Shown here: positions 1 through 13,550 of the stretch, in pieces | Layout: the number at the start of each line of letters is the position of its first letter | Position numbering within the stretch: position 1 is the stretch's first letter | NCBI GenBank assembly: GCA_047495785.1 | Contig: JBLDXI010000014.1 | Span: 310,001-374,000 of the forward strand | DNA: 64,000 bases | Origin: Lepidodermella squamata | Taxonomy: Eukaryota > Animalia > Gastrotricha | Direction: 5' to 3' | Program-made: the position numbers and the translations under genes | Notes under the pieces: model-generated | Told to the model about the DNA's origin: nothing | Seen by the model: the letters and a program-made list of their open reading frames with translations, nothing else | Databases searched by the model: none

Positions 1-1632
1 AGTAGAGCTACGCCGCAAACTGCACCGACCGATGCGCCGATTATTGTTGTTGTATCCGGCGATGAACTGCCGTCTGTTGATGCCGCTGTTGTTGTAGTCG
101 AGCCGGCCTGTGTTATCAATTGGTTAGTAGCGCCTGCAGTTGTGCCCGAGTTATTAGAGCTGCCTGGCGGTCCTGTACCTGAGCCTGACCCAGATGAAGT
201 TGAGGCGGTCGCCGGGTTCGTAGCGGCCTGTCGGGTCGTCGCTATAGTTGTCGTCGTAGTAGTTCGCAGCCAATACTAAAGCGCATTCAGAGAAGCATGA
301 ATGATTGAACCAATTTTATTGAATATTGACAAATAGGTCAACTTTTTCTCAATATAAAGCACTTTTTATTGCTAGAGCGCAAAAATAATTTTAAATGTGC
401 TACGGCTGTGAACATTTTGGAATTTTGAATCTCATCGATTCCTAAATTGCAGAAATAAATTTATAGGTACCGAAAGTAAGAACGCAAAAAACCAATATTT
501 TCGTTAAACTTTTGATGGATTATTGCTCAATCAATTGCGGTTAAGATCTGTAATAATCCTATACTTGATACCACTCCTAAATTTCTCCGCATCTCAAGTG
601 TATCGATATAATGCTAAATAGAGCATTTAACTCGGAATCTTGTAATGCTGCGAATTTGCTGACCCACGCTAAGTCTTTACCCATATAATTTAGAACCTAA
701 TTTCCAGCCTCTTAAATCCGCACTCATATACTAGCCCGGTCAGTGTGAATATCTGACAATACCTAAGCCAAAGCTTGACCCAAAGCCGAATGCGAAGTAA
801 ATTCCGACTTTTCAGCCCCAGGGGTGTAGAATCTGTAAATCCGGCCCGCCGGGAAAATTGTGGTCAGCGGAAAATTTTTTGGGAAATTTGAAGCATTTTC
901 AGACGTTTCCGGAAAATTGGGAAAACCCGTCGGCTAAAGCTCCCTTCGCTCGCGAGGGTGGCTTATTTTTTTTAGATATCTGGTAACATTTCATGCTATT
1001 TGTATTCGCTGAATTGGACCAATTGGACGGGAATTTTCAGCTTTGCTACCGGAAGTTACGCAAATTCTACACTAATAAAGTGAACGAAAGATAGCAAGGT
1101 TTGCCCTCGAAGAAAGTTAGCAATAATTCGAGCAAAGTAAAAGTAATCATTGGAACAAAGGTCCGTGGCTTTTAAAATTCTGATTGCATAAGCCTACTCA
1201 TCTATAAATCGAAATTTTCGAGGATTTTAAGCCTTCAGACTTTGCGCAAGCTTTACCATGTTTAGTATTTGTAGAATTAAGGTTATAGTAACAGCAAGTT
1301 CTTACTGGAAGAGTTGTAGTTTGGGTAGTAGGAGGGACAGTATAAATCGTTGTAGGTGGACCAGGGCCTTGGGTGTAAATATAGGGTGTTGTCGTAGTAG
1401 TTCTTGTTGTAGTTGTAGTAGGAGTGGTTGTCGTTGTCCAAGTTGTTGTCCACGTTGTCGTAGTCGTTGTTTTATATGTTGTGGGCGAGTCATCTTCCCC
1501 TTCGCGGTCTTCAGGCCCTCTAGTCATTCCTTGCAGCGCTGTTCATGTAAAAAAAACCTTTCAAAGCATTGCTAATACCCACCAAGATTGACCAACCCCA
1601 AAGAGCAGTCGCTAAACCGAGATACAAACCAC
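1..1632 (-). CDS. Mucin-like Thr-rich type I membrane protein; 3' end runs off the window, start codon uncertain
   Basis: Exon 1538-1306 (…TTTTTWTTTWTTTT…TTTLP, donor CCA|GTAAGA) joins in phase 0 to exon 275-1 (YWLRTTTTTT…SSSPDTTTIIGASVGAVCGVALL, the start of a TM helix). A hydrophobic upstream exon at about 1632-1579 (GGLYLGLATALWGWSILV) is a possible signal segment. Confidence 0.7.
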
Positions 1633-3818
1633 CTGTTTGATTTGGCTGTAAAGATAATTTGATATCGCTGAATAATCGAAATTAAAATTCATATTGGCTA
1701 ACTTGAAGCTTGATAATGGACGCAGCCGCAGCTTCGTTGAAGACCATAGTTTATTTTTGAGCCGCCTTTCGGTTCCAGAAAACGAACTGGTGATATTTCT
1801 GAAACCTGTTTACCGTACCGGGGTTGGTACACGGCACTTTTTTGCAATTCGGGATGCTACAACGCGTGCATCTCTATATGTCTCTAGAAAGCGAGTAACT
1901 AAACGAATGCACGAGACGCACCCTCTCAGTATTTTTTTAGAATTTTGTTCGTCTCTTTTTACGACGTCATCGCTCATTGATACTTTTTTACGATTCATGC
2001 GGCATTCATCACCCGGAACGGCGCATCCATGACGATATTTGTTTGTTGTAAACTGCACCTCAGCCCTTTCGCTCAATAGCTGATTTGAAGAAAAATGTTG
2101 TCACAGTGCCACAAGCATAGCCCTCGGTGTACCTGTTTTCAAGATAAATTAAGTTCTTTAGCAGTTATCAATGGGAAAATTCGCATTGAAAATATTGTAA
2201 ATAGCGATGTTCTGGTTCCCAGAACCCTGAATGCGTCACTTTTTACAACCAACATGGCCTGAATAAAAAATTGTGAGTCTAAAATAAAAAAACCAGGGGG
2301 TCATTTTTTGACGCCCACCGAGTAACCCCAAATGACGGTACTAGGTTAAAAAAAGATTGCACTTTTTTCATTTTTCAACACTTTTAGATCCTCTCCATTT
2401 TCTCTTCGAAACCAGTAAGAAAAGTGAAAAAGCTGGCTGATAAAATTTGTTTTGAAAAATGGAAAGGATATTAAAATTTTCTTAGCGGTTAACATTGTTT
2501 TGTGTTGCTCAGACCGGAAGGTCGCTAGATTTGTTTCAGTCTCCCCATAATTAGGTAGGGTAAAAAACAACATTCGAATGACTCATTATCGAGTGACACG
2601 AAGTTGGGTTATTGTAAATATCATTTTCTCAGGAACAACAAAGGAACAGCCTTATTTGTTGCGACATTTGTGGCTGTGCGGAACACCAGGGATCACTTTT
2701 CATAGTTGGCTGGTGAGCACGACAGGCAGTTTTTAAACACGATTTTTACGTTAGAGCGTGTGAACCGAGATTGCTGTTGTAAACAATTGAAATATTGTCG
2801 AGTGCATGAAAATAAAGTAACGCGAGCCGAGGCTTATACACACTTATAGTGGGGCCCGCGCCCCCGCGTGATCATCGCGCAACGTATGTAGTAGTAAAAA
2901 AAAACGACCGGCTCAAAAATGCAAATGTTTTAATTTTAATAATATTCGGGTACGATGTTGACACACTGATGGAATATATATTATTTTCGCATAATGTGCG
3001 ACAAACCCTCGGCGGTTGGACAACAGCAGCAGCAGCAGGTAGAGAAGGAGGTAGTTAGTCGTCGCGCGTCTTTGAGTGAAAATGCCAATAGATTTGATTG
3101 TGGATGCTTGTGTGGTATTTTTTCGGTTAATAATAATAATAATAATTTAAAAGGTAGGCTAAACAAATGGCGCCGGCGCTCATTCACACACACACGCAAC
3201 GCGGAGACGCACGTGTCCTTGCATGGTTATTGCTGCTTCGTATATTATTGTTGCCGGGGCCAGCAACAGAAGCGAAATCTTAGACCGCGCTTTCGTTGCG
3301 CGCTCGGCTGCACAAAAAAGATTTCGCTTTTTTCATGCCGCTGTTGAAATGAAATCGCAAACTGTCTGCTGCTTGTTTGTGCCCGCGAGCGCGCTCGACG
3401 GCTAAATATTGCGCCAATTCTATACTCACTTTCCCGAGTAATATTTGTGTATGTATGTATTTGGTTGTTTTCTTCGGCGAGAGAGCGCGCGCGCTGGGTC
3501 AAAGGCAGCCGGTTAGACACCTGGAATTTTTTGCACACAATGGTACACAAGTTGTTCAAATAAAAACAAAGGTTCTTTACCGAGGCAAACGGCCGTTTGA
3601 TCGCCGTCGAAGGGCCTCGTAAACGTTGCTCACTTGGCGGTTTTCGCCATTGTCCGGCTGCTTTTTTCCGTTTTCAATTACCGAAACCACTTGTTCCATT
3701 TTTTGTAATCTTAATTTTTAATCCATGCGCTAAAAGACCTTGTCTCAAAAGTCATATTCGCAATTTCCATCCACAGCATTAATTGTCTTTCAACACTCTG
3801 CTTAGGTTGCAAGGAGTT

Positions 3819-6318
3819 ATGGCCGTGTTACAGGTGATTTCCCATATTTACCACGTTGTGATTTGTTAAGAATCCTGGTGAACTTCATAGATAATGTTGG
3901 TTGCGTTTGTGGGCATGGCTGCGGCTTGCACAACCCGCGGCCGCAACGGTCAGCCCGCCGTGGATTCGGGATCAGTCGAAATTCCGATCCGCCTTCAGTT
4001 CCAGCAGGGTCCCATTCCGTCGGCTAGCGTTTCCGTCGGAATCGAGAGCAAGATGAACCAAAACATGGGCAACGGCCAGTACAGGCAAACACAGTTCAAC
4101 GGTAAGAAACATAATAGACTATCCTTCGGAGAATTTCTGTTTCCCGGTGCCGTCAGAGACCTGCGGCCGATTAGCCTATATAGTTTCATAGATTTTACCA
4201 TGATAGGTCAGGAGGCTAAATTCGAACCTCCTTATTTTCCATATTTCTTTGGAGATTATTATGCAAAACCATTCAAAAACGAGCTTGGGAACACACTGAA
4301 CTAAGTATATGCTGATTTATTGTCGGTTTGCGTCTGATAAGAGATGGAATCCAAGCTCAGCAGCTTCTCAGGATCTTGCAAGCTGGATTATCCACCCACA
4401 TTACAGCATTTTCAGCCCGGGACTCTTGGCTAAATCTTAAAATCCCTCTAAAATGATAGATATGAACTTATTCTGAACCATGGAAGCTTTTGAATTCCAA
4501 GGCGACTAATAGATCAATCCCGCTCATTTCTTATTAGTTTGTATTTTGTTAAATTTGTTTATCTAAGTAGGAAATGAGAAGCATTTTTAACTAAATATTT
4601 CAATTAATTGATAATCGGGTGAGAAGAAGGCCAGTTGGTTTTACTGTAACATTCTAAGCAGAAATTTTCATTCGAAGCCATTCAAATATGCTGTTAGCTT
4701 GGCAGCTTGGAATGAATCTTTCATTCCGATTTACCGCAAGCTTCGGGAATAAAATTAGGGCCGCATGCGAAATTTAGCGATTAGCGAGGGTATCATATTT
4801 TCAGGTTCCAGTTAGGAATAACCATAATGAACCTATCACATTCAAATTAGGATTCTCAAGCAATTTAGGTAATAAAACATTTTCTTTTCTGTTTTTGTCT
4901 ATTGAAACATGGCCGAAGTCGTTACTCGATTGCAACTTATTGATTAGCAGGGGAAAGTGATGTTAAAGTTGCCATAGTCCTTCTTCGTTCTAGGGTCGTG
5001 AATGGTAGAAGATAGAAGGTTCCCCCTATTCGTTTTACTGCTTATCGCGAATATTGTTCGCAGTATATTTTAGAATATAGATGAATTTAGATGAACAATT
5101 TGAATTCGAAAAATTTTAAATAATTTAATTATTTTCCAGGCGGTTTCGAGCTTCAAGGCGCCGCTGTCCCAGTTCTCGATGCTGATGCCAACATCCAAGG
5201 TGTCCGCGCCGATCTCGATACTCGCGTTTCGCACGACCAGCGCGTCGTCATGCTCAACCACGACCCAATGGTGCCAACCCAAAAACCCAACAATGGCGGC
5301 GTAAGCTGTCATTGATGATAGTGACTTTTAACCAACAGCCCTGTTTTCCCAATAGTACCCTGGCCAAGGTGCCCAGGCTGGCAACCAGCAGCAACAGGCT
5401 CAGCAGCAGCAACAGCAGCGCCAACCGGTTCAGTCCCAACCCGAAGCCTTCGTTCAAGGCCAGCGGCCGAACGCTGTGCGTACCAAGCCTCTCCGCTTGA
5501 CCGACTACGACGATCTTTCCCAGCCCAAATCGACTACGCAACAAGCGAGCAGCATTGCTGGTCTGAGTAAGTTTTTCAAGGTCACCCAATTACGGACAAT
5601 GAATTTGTCTTTTTGTAGAGCAAGAGTACTTTATTGCAATCATGTGCGTTAGCAGCGCGTGCTTCGTCGTCCTCGTCATCGTCATGATCATCGTTGCCAA
5701 GAAAAAGCAGTAAGCTAATTTGATAAGCCTTACGTTAACCTGTTATAAGGAAATGGGTGGCTAATTCACTAGAGAAGACTTTCGTTTTATCGAAAAATTT
5801 CCGCGAATTTGAACCAATCCTCTGTACGATTCGAGCAATCATAAACTGGATTTTCGCCAAAATCGGATTTTCTCACAATTTTGAATGGGATTAGGACTAC
5901 TTGTAGGGTTTCTTTGGTCTCTCTTACTCCAATCGTCTTTTCTATAACAGCTTCGACCTTTATTCTTCTTTTAAACCTTTGTTGCTCAGTTTTCCCAAGA
6001 ATTGCGCGTCTAGCTCACTCGTGAACTCCGTTTCTATTTTACAGGCAGGTTGTGGAGCAAATCAACAACTTTCACCGCCGTGTTGCCCGCCCTGCAACCA
6101 CCTACTCCGCACCGGTTTACCTCGGGCCGTCAGAACTCATCGTCGACCAGAAGCCACCATCGCAAGTTTTTCGAAATTTCCCCACCTATCGTCATTATTT
6201 ACCTCGGTATTTCTTCAATTTGTTTAGATATGATTCGGAAACCATGAAAACGATCGTTAAAGGCGGCGAATCCCGCCGAAGCAGCAGCAGCATGTCCGAC
6301 TACGAGAAGAAATATTGA
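3819..6318 (+). CDS. Single-pass membrane protein with signal peptide, Gln-rich ectodomain and cytoplasmic PPSY motif
   Basis: Exons 3819-3833, 3891-4101, 5140-5300, 5356-5566, 5619-5709, about 6045-6161 and 6228-6318 splice in frame: MAVLQIMLVAFVGMAAA…QQQQAQQQQQQ…YFIAIMCVSSACFVVLVIVMIIVAKKK…KPPSYDSETMK…DYEKKY*. Confidence 0.75.
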
Positions 6319-7711
6319 GCGGCCGATATCTTGCGCACCTGTACATATTTCTCACCGAGCCCTGCTGAATTTTTTGGCTGGGAAAAAAGTTGCTTTAAAA
6401 AATCTTCATCATCTCAAATATATTTAAAGTAATAAATTGTGAACAATATTACTGGATAATACTAAGGAACAACAACGTGCACGCTAAAATAAACAACAAC
6501 AGATATTAGGAATATTCTTCTCTGAAAATAAATTGACGCTCATTTTTATCCGCGCGTCCTAATTTTTCTGACCCAAGGGACATGAAACCTACTCACAGGT
6601 GAAAATACAGATTGTTGACAATGAAATTAATAAAAATGTTGCGTGATAGACTTTGGCCTATCTGTTGTTTTTTTATTTAGTGCTAATATGCTGAGAAGTC
6701 AACACAAATGCACCTAATTACATGAGCATGATACGTACTTGGATAAGTAAAAGTATAGACTGCGATGCGCATCTGTTTGACGACTTGAGGTGATGATGCA
6801 CCAGATTGTTAAGAATTGTTGAAGTTTACCTAGCTCGCTGCGTTGAAATCCGCACGAATGCTCTCGACGTGACCTCGTTAGCGGGTGCGGGACGCACGCT
6901 GTGACGAACACACCTATGAGACAGAGCGAGCGGCCGCGGCCGGTCTCGTGTCACGATACAAACGCGCGATGAACGGCAAACAATAGGCTAGATCCCGTGT
7001 AATACCGGCAGTTACGCAGTTTTGAAATTTTGTCGTCGTCGTCGTCGTTGTTTCATCTCGAAGAACGAACAAACGACGAAGAACAAAACGTACAAACTTG
7101 TCCCTCACGGCGCTTTGTGCTGTCTTTTTACAAGCAAAGCAGTAGATACATTCGCTATTCACTGCTATGTTTCTTTACTGCTGTATAAGCCGCCGCGGCA
7201 CAGCAGTAGCCGCGCTGCAACAAAGAAAACGAGCCTTTGTTCGCTGTGTTTCTTTCGTTTCATCTCTACCATGTATTACAGCTGAGGCGCTGCGAGCAGG
7301 TTTTCTTTTCAAAATTTGCATATTATTTCTGCGTTTTCTCTCTTTGACATCATTGCTTAGAATGCCAACAAAAGTGTAAAATATAGCCGAGATGAGAAAA
7401 CACGCGCCACTCGCTAAATTTTCAAGTATTTTCAAGTCTCGGCCCATCTCTCTCTAACGCAACCTACCGAGCTAGCTAGCTATTTGTTACTATTATTTTT
7501 CTTCAGTTCGCTTACCCAATTGCACCTTCGCGTAAAAACTAAACAATTTATATATAGGCATGTGCACTCGAAAGGCAAAAGACGCCGGATGACTAATTAT
7601 AATTTTTTTTAAATCTCTATAGAAATTAAAAAAAGAACTGGCATTGGAAGAATAGATCGAGAAAGTTAATTCCTTCGAAATTATCGGGAACCGCAAACGC
7701 CGTGAAGCAGC

Positions 7712-9769
7712 ATGCCTACTAATATTGGAGGCGTGGTTAGTTGAAATTTTATTTGAGTAATTTTTTACATCACCTCAGCTTGTAGTTTTGCATCACATTT
7801 TGCCGCTTATCATTTTTTACTATGATTCCCGCCTTAGACAGGAGCAGCTTTGGGCGCCTTCGGAGCCGCCCTTGTACTAACAAGTCGTAAGTTTCACGGC
7901 TCTTGATTGGACTCTTCAATCTTCCCTTCTGTTCTATGCACCTTTTAAGCGTCATACAACTTTTCGAATTTATTTTTCCCAAAATTTTATTGAACAATTT
8001 ATGAAATTAGATTGCCGGAGTTAGCGTGTTCACCGGGCTCGCCGTCGCCCTGGGTGGTACGTTGAAGCCAGAATGTAGCCATGATGTTGCTGGAGCTAGA
8101 AAATTAACGCCTGAAAATGTAGCGCCTTAACCATTTTGCTTTAATGCCTAATAGCCATCGATACCTGGTGAAGTTTTTTAACATTGCATAATAATTTCAG
8201 CTGATTAATTAACGAGACACAACATGCTTTTTTTTTATTTTGGTGAAATAATTGCGATCGTCTAATAGAAATTCACGCTTCACTTCTTTTCCTGCTTTTT
8301 CCTTCAAATCTTCAAGGCATAAACTGGTTGATCTATGTTTTAGTGATATCCTCTACGGGCTACGCCGGAAATAATAAGGGCGGGGGAGCTGTTACCGGGG
8401 CTACTCCCGCTCCGCCGACCCTGCCAAGATCGACGGCAGCGACAACAACGCCTAGAACAACTCCATCGGCTACGACGCGACCGACAGTGGCGACGACAGC
8501 CGGAAATGCAACTGTGGCCCCCGCGATAACTTTCCCAACGCCAGCCACACCGCCACCGGGAGTGCCGGTTCAAACTTTCATGCAATATGTCACAACTCCT
8601 GCCAAAAAAGCGAACGCAAGGCCAAGTCGATACTACCCGCTCAATGACAAAGGTATGACAGGGAATAGAGTAATCGTCCGGGCAGAAGTTGGCACGGACA
8701 TTAGGAAAATATTGCGTAGTTGAGCCCTGAAAAAAAACAAGAAATTGACTCCACTTTTTTCTTCGAAATAATGTGATGAAAGAGGAGTTACAGTGATTTG
8801 AAAAGCACCCTGATCAGGGTCCTGGCGAGGCTTTGTTTTTCACCATGATTCACATATTATGGCGTTTAGGAGTTTCGGACGTTTCCAGGGACCATCGAAT
8901 GGTTGGTTCAAGTTAAATGTAAAATTATTAAGGCAGCTATATATTTTTTTATTAGCGAACAACGAAAAAATCAACTCGATTCACAATTCTCCGTACAAAC
9001 GCTAATTAAGTGTCATTTATCTTTCTATAAACGGTTGATGAGTTAAGCGCAATTAGTTTTCTTCCAACGTTCCGTTTGCTGACAGTAAGTCTCATCCGCG
9101 GAATTTACAGGGAATTTACAGGGAATTTACTGAGAATGACTTTTTCGCATTAAGTTGAAAATATAAAATTAAGGAGGATTTTTTCTTTCATTTGTTGGAA
9201 ATTTGGCATACATTTTGAGCAATTATGTTCTGAGATTTTCTAAACATTGCTCTTTCTTGTCTATTTTTTTAGATGTGTTGATTCTTCTCGCCGTAATTAT
9301 TGGAGGGCTTATTATCGCCGCTGCAATCGCGGCAATCGTCGTTTACCGAGTGCGGCAAAATCGCAGTAAGCGCAGTCGGTACGGCGTTCGAACCCCGAGC
9401 TCGGCTTCCGGTGCCGCCCTGCCGCCGGCTGTTATCGAAGAAAACGACTACTACTCAACAACGTCTTCATCCCACCCAGATTCGACCTACTTCGACGCGA
9501 TGAAACAGATCCCACTGCACCGGCCGCCCGACGCCTTCATGAGCTACTCAGATTTCGGCGACGACGACTTTGGCATGGGCTTCAACCCGCCGCCTATGTC
9601 CCACGCGATGAGTCACGCGCATCAGCCAATGTCTTACCACGCATCGACAATGGGCGCCTACCACAAACAACCGCCGCCCTTTGTCGAGTCGGCCATGTTA
9701 GAGTACCCGTCGCAGGCGCTGCCGCCCTACCAAGGTCCTTACTTCATGAACCCGCCGCCGCATTACTAG
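7712..9769 (+). CDS. Mucin-like (Thr/Pro-rich) membrane protein with Pro/Tyr-rich tail (LPPY, PPHY)
   Basis: Exons 7712-7735, 8011-8056, 8345-8652 and 9273-9769 give MPTNIGGVIAGVSVFTGLAVALGVISSTG…, a T/P-rich stalk, the TM segment DVLILLAVIIGGLIIAAAIAAIVVY followed by RVRQNRSKR, and a tail ending PPPHY*. The first exon is the least certain. Confidence 0.75.
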
Positions 9770-11172
9770 AAAAATCCTAGCTGCTGATGTGTCATTTTAT
9801 TATTGATAAACGAAGTTGCCACAACAATGAAAACGAACCACGCAATTTTTCTCGCCGCCTTTTTGTAAACTGCTGCTATGACTGACAATGAAGAAAATAA
9901 ATGAATTGCTCCGAAATAAGTCGCTATTTTGAACCCATGACAAAAATCACCCCGGGCTTGATACGCAATAACAATAATTTGATAAAACAGGCCGAAAAGG
10001 CGTCCGTAATCGAATGAGCGCAACTCGAGAGCGATGAATGGCCTTGATAATCTGTCTTGATAGTTTCATGAAGTTTTATTTACTTGTGATGTGGAAGTTC
10101 GCGCGCTTTAAAAAACACTCAAGGTGCGCATTCATTTTGATCGCATTCATATCAGGAAATCATTACGTCGAGCGATTTATTATACCCGCGCCGCCGTGAC
10201 GCAGAGGCCTCACAGGCACGGAAGTGATTTTTTATTACCTCGCGTTGGCCATAGGTAAGAAGGGAAATCGAAATCAAGGAATAGGTAAACATGCGCAGCC
10301 GGGCATAGCGATGACCAGGCGGTGCAAGTCGCGCATTTCGCTGTTTAAGGCGATGAGTAAGTATAATAAACATCGCCACCCCCGAGGCACGCAAGCCTAT
10401 AAAAGCAGCAGCCTTAAAAGCGCTACCTAGTCGGCGCATTTTCTGGACGATGGCTACTTATTCGGCGATGCGCGCGCTTGTTGTTATCGTTGTTATCGTC
10501 GTGTCGCGCCTGAATGTGACGCAAGTCTCGCACCTGGGCTCGGCGCGAGACCTTTGCGCGAACTTTATTGCGCATTTTCAGGCTTCTTCATCTCGCCGTT
10601 TAACACTATAATCACGTGTTTTTTCGTCCGTGCCAAGCGATGCTACCTTAAATTTTTTGTCGTCACAACCATGATTAGCCTAATCAGGTGAGAAATTAGC
10701 CGCGCAATGTGAAATGCCCGGAATTCGAGATAGTCATTAGCGCGTGCTAATTAGGCATTGCACGGGTGATTTGATATCAATTTTTTTCCGCTCGCGGGGG
10801 TGGTGCGCGCGCACAAAAACCCGCCCTTCAATCGCTATTTCGCCTGTCTGTTCGCTTTCCTGAGAGTCACCATGGGAATTCAACCGAAGCGTCGACAAGT
10901 GCCAGGTAAAATTCGTTCCTTTATAACCATCCTAACCACAACGGCACGCCCTCATTTTTTACATTCAAGCGCTCTTTTTTTTCGATTTGGATTTCAATTT
11001 TCGCCTCTTCCCTACGCTAATCATGTGACGGTGTTCGACCATTCAGAAGAAATCGATAAAATGCGCGCGACCCGCACTCGGAATTGGAAACAAAATGGAA
11101 TTCACCTTGACCCTTTATTATTGTCCTAATAGACTGCTTAAATAATAATTTAGTTTTTATCGCCTCGATTCG

Positions 11173-11668
11173 ATGGAAAGTTTTCTATTCAAGATATTCT
11201 CATCGCTGGTTATCGCACTGGTGCTATTCAGCGCAGGTTAGTTCATTTATACCAGTTATCCGAAACCTTTGATTAACTTATTATCTAATTTCAGGCACTC
11301 TTGCTGAGGAAGAGGATGACTTGTTTGCCGCGGGTGGCGACGAGTTGGCTTTGACCGATATGATGGTTCGTCAGACTCCCGGCCGGGTGGTTGCTATCAT
11401 CGGCCAACACGGTGCCGAGGGCGAGGCGCCCAAGCCAGCCCCGAAGCGTTACGGCATCAGCAAGCACCAAGCCTTCCGATTCGGCAAGCGGCTAGACGCC
11501 AACTCTGGCATTGGAGTTGTGCTGGCAAACGATGCCGTCGAGTCGCCGTTAGAGGCGTCGGCTTCGACAACGAACGGCGCGGGCGGTGACGAGAATTTGA
11601 ACAAATACCTGTCCAAGTTTTTGGAGAAGCACAAGACGTCAGGCATCTTCCGATGGGGCCGCAAATGA
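11173..11668 (+). CDS. Neuropeptide precursor predicted to yield YGISKHQAFRF-amide and a C-terminal …SGIFRW-amide
   Basis: Exon 11173-11236 (signal peptide MESFLFKIFSSLVIALVLFSAG), intron 11237-11294, exon 11295-11668. Acidic spacer, KR-YGISKHQAFRF-G-KR and a terminal TSGIFRW-G-RK*, which are dibasic cleavage and amidation signals. Confidence 0.85.
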
Positions 11669-12395
11669 GCGATAATTAGGAAAATTCTGTCTACCTATTA
11701 AAACGCGCTGCAAAAGTAATAATAATAATAATAACTGGCCGAAAACTAATAAGTATGACAGTAAGAAATTTACTCGACAATGTCCGCTTCAGTATTGTTG
11801 AGAAATTGTTTACTTCCAACGATTAAAGCTTTGTCGAATAACATCGTTTCATTTGTATTTTTGAAAAACCTAAATAACCGGGCTACCCTGTTATAGTACG
11901 TTGTGATTGTCTCAATTTCATTTCCAGAACTTCATGTGATCTTTTGTCAAATTATATTTTCGCAACCCGATTCGAGGCACAGTTAAGATTATAAGGATTT
12001 TATCTATTTATTTCTATTGCTTTCGACGCGCCTTTGACAATATTTCATACTCGGGCAATATTTCTAATTATGTTCAGACGTTTAGAATTTCATTTCCAAA
12101 CCATTATCCAATTAAATAGCTTGCAGTTACAATGAATAGAATGGCTGATCTTTGAGAATAGCTTATAGAAACTTTCTAAAAAAAATCAGAGTTATGATTA
12201 ATAAAATGATTGATTCGAGAGATTGAAATTCGTGTTCAGAAAGAAAACGATTGTATAAAATATCTCGCAAAATCGCTAAATTGGGTTATTGAATATTTGT
12301 TTACAATTAAATTTCTGATACCTTTCCTGAGTTTCCGAGGCATTGTGCTTATCCTGTCTAATATTTTTTTCGAAGTTTCCTCATCCGGCCTATAA

Positions 12396-13550
12396 ATGTT
12401 GGTCGCCACTTTCAAGCTGATAGCACTAGTTCTATGCCATTATAGCCAGGGCTTGGGAACAAATCAGAGTTTTATTGAAGCTGGCCGACTAAGGTCGGTG
12501 ATTTTCCAGCGTTACACGGATGCTAAAGGAGATCCATCGTCACGGCCTGTTTTAAATCATAGCGAAGTGCTCGAAGTCCAGTGCCGAGCATTTTTCTGGC
12601 GGTTTTCGAAAATTGACGAACTATCGCAAACCTTTCACGCTCATTGGTACATATACTTCAACTGGAATAACCCGTTTCTCGCATGGCTGGACCTTCCAGA
12701 GTTTGCCCACATACCGTACGTTTTCGCATCTGAAATCGAGACATTCTTCCCGTGGGTATTGACGGCTAACGGTGCAGAGAATCGTTACGAGCTGATGGGG
12801 TATCAAAATGATAGGAGGTTTAACAACGTGATACTTTATCGCGACGGATTGACAGCATGGCAGCCAGCTGTGTCAATGATCTCAACCGAATGCCTACTCG
12901 ACTTCGAACATTTCCCATTCGATAAGCAGACATGCGAAGTTCGCCTCGAATCATACATGGATTGCAGTCAGTTGCGGTTCGCCGAGAAACCTCCTCAGTT
13001 GACAATTGACAGCAAATATTTCATGCCGTCCAATGGTTTATGGGAGCTCACTTCAACGCAATCCCACAACATGGGATGTAGGTCTTATCCTGGAGTTGGA
13101 TCTGAAGCAAGCTTCTCAAATGTCATGTTTTCGCTATCTTTCCGCAGACGACCAGGCTTTTACGTTTGTTTCTACCTGATACCAAGCTACGTTTTGACCC
13201 TAGTTCAACTGGGGACCTTCGCTCTACCTGCTAAGAGCAGTGAACGAGCAACCTATGCTATAACTGTGATGCTTTCGTTCGGAGTACACATGACTGTTGT
13301 GCAAGGTGGAATACCAGCAACTTCTCAATACGTCCTTCTGACTTTCTCCTTAATCTTGCAAACAATCATCGGAGCCGTGATAACTCTGTACTCGGCTTGT
13401 TTGAGTTACGCCCTCGAGCATTGCAAGGAATCTCGCGAGAAATTGCTGAAAAGAATTGATTTCTGCGTTTTTATCTTCATCACTTTATTCAGCTTTGTAC
13501 TATGCGCGACGACTGTGGCGGTATCTTACAACAAATGGATTGATACGTAG
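12396..13550 (+). CDS. Divergent Cys-loop ligand-gated ion channel subunit, subfamily A copy 1 (intronless)
   Basis: Signal peptide; 'RPV' motif; Cys-loop CLLDFEHFPFDKQTC; four TM helices; M1-M2 linker SSER; M2 with Leu at 9'; very short M3-M4 loop. Confidence 0.93.
   Translation: MLVATFKLIALVLCHYSQGLGTNQSFIEAGRLRSVIFQRYTDAKGDPSSRPVLNHSEVLEVQCRAFFWRFSKIDELSQTFHAHWYIYFNWNNPFLAWLDLPEFAHIPYVFASEIETFFPWVLTANGAENRYELMGYQNDRRFNNVILYRDGLTAWQPAVSMISTECLLDFEHFPFDKQTCEVRLESYMDCSQLRFAEKPPQLTIDSKYFMPSNGLWELTSTQSHNMGCRSYPGVGSEASFSNVMFSLSFRRRPGFYVCFYLIPSYVLTLVQLGTFALPAKSSERATYAITVMLSFGVHMTVVQGGIPATSQYVLLTFSLILQTIIGAVITLYSACLSYALEHCKESREKLLKRIDFCVFIFITLFSFVLCATTVAVSYNKWIDT

Noticed and set aside
818-973. 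Possible small element ending in a hairpin plus T-run in the first gene's intron
   Set aside because: The hairpin is weak and boundaries cannot be defined without a second copy.
2849-3782. Overlapping short ORFs with Q, N and C runs
   Set aside because: Microsatellite- and CpG-rich promoter or UTR sequence with no coherent exon chain; the same applies to 6714-7447 and 41094-41706.
9100-9130. GGAATTTACAG x3 and other short direct repeats as a CRISPR-like array
   Set aside because: No spacers; simple intronic tandem repeats in a eukaryote.
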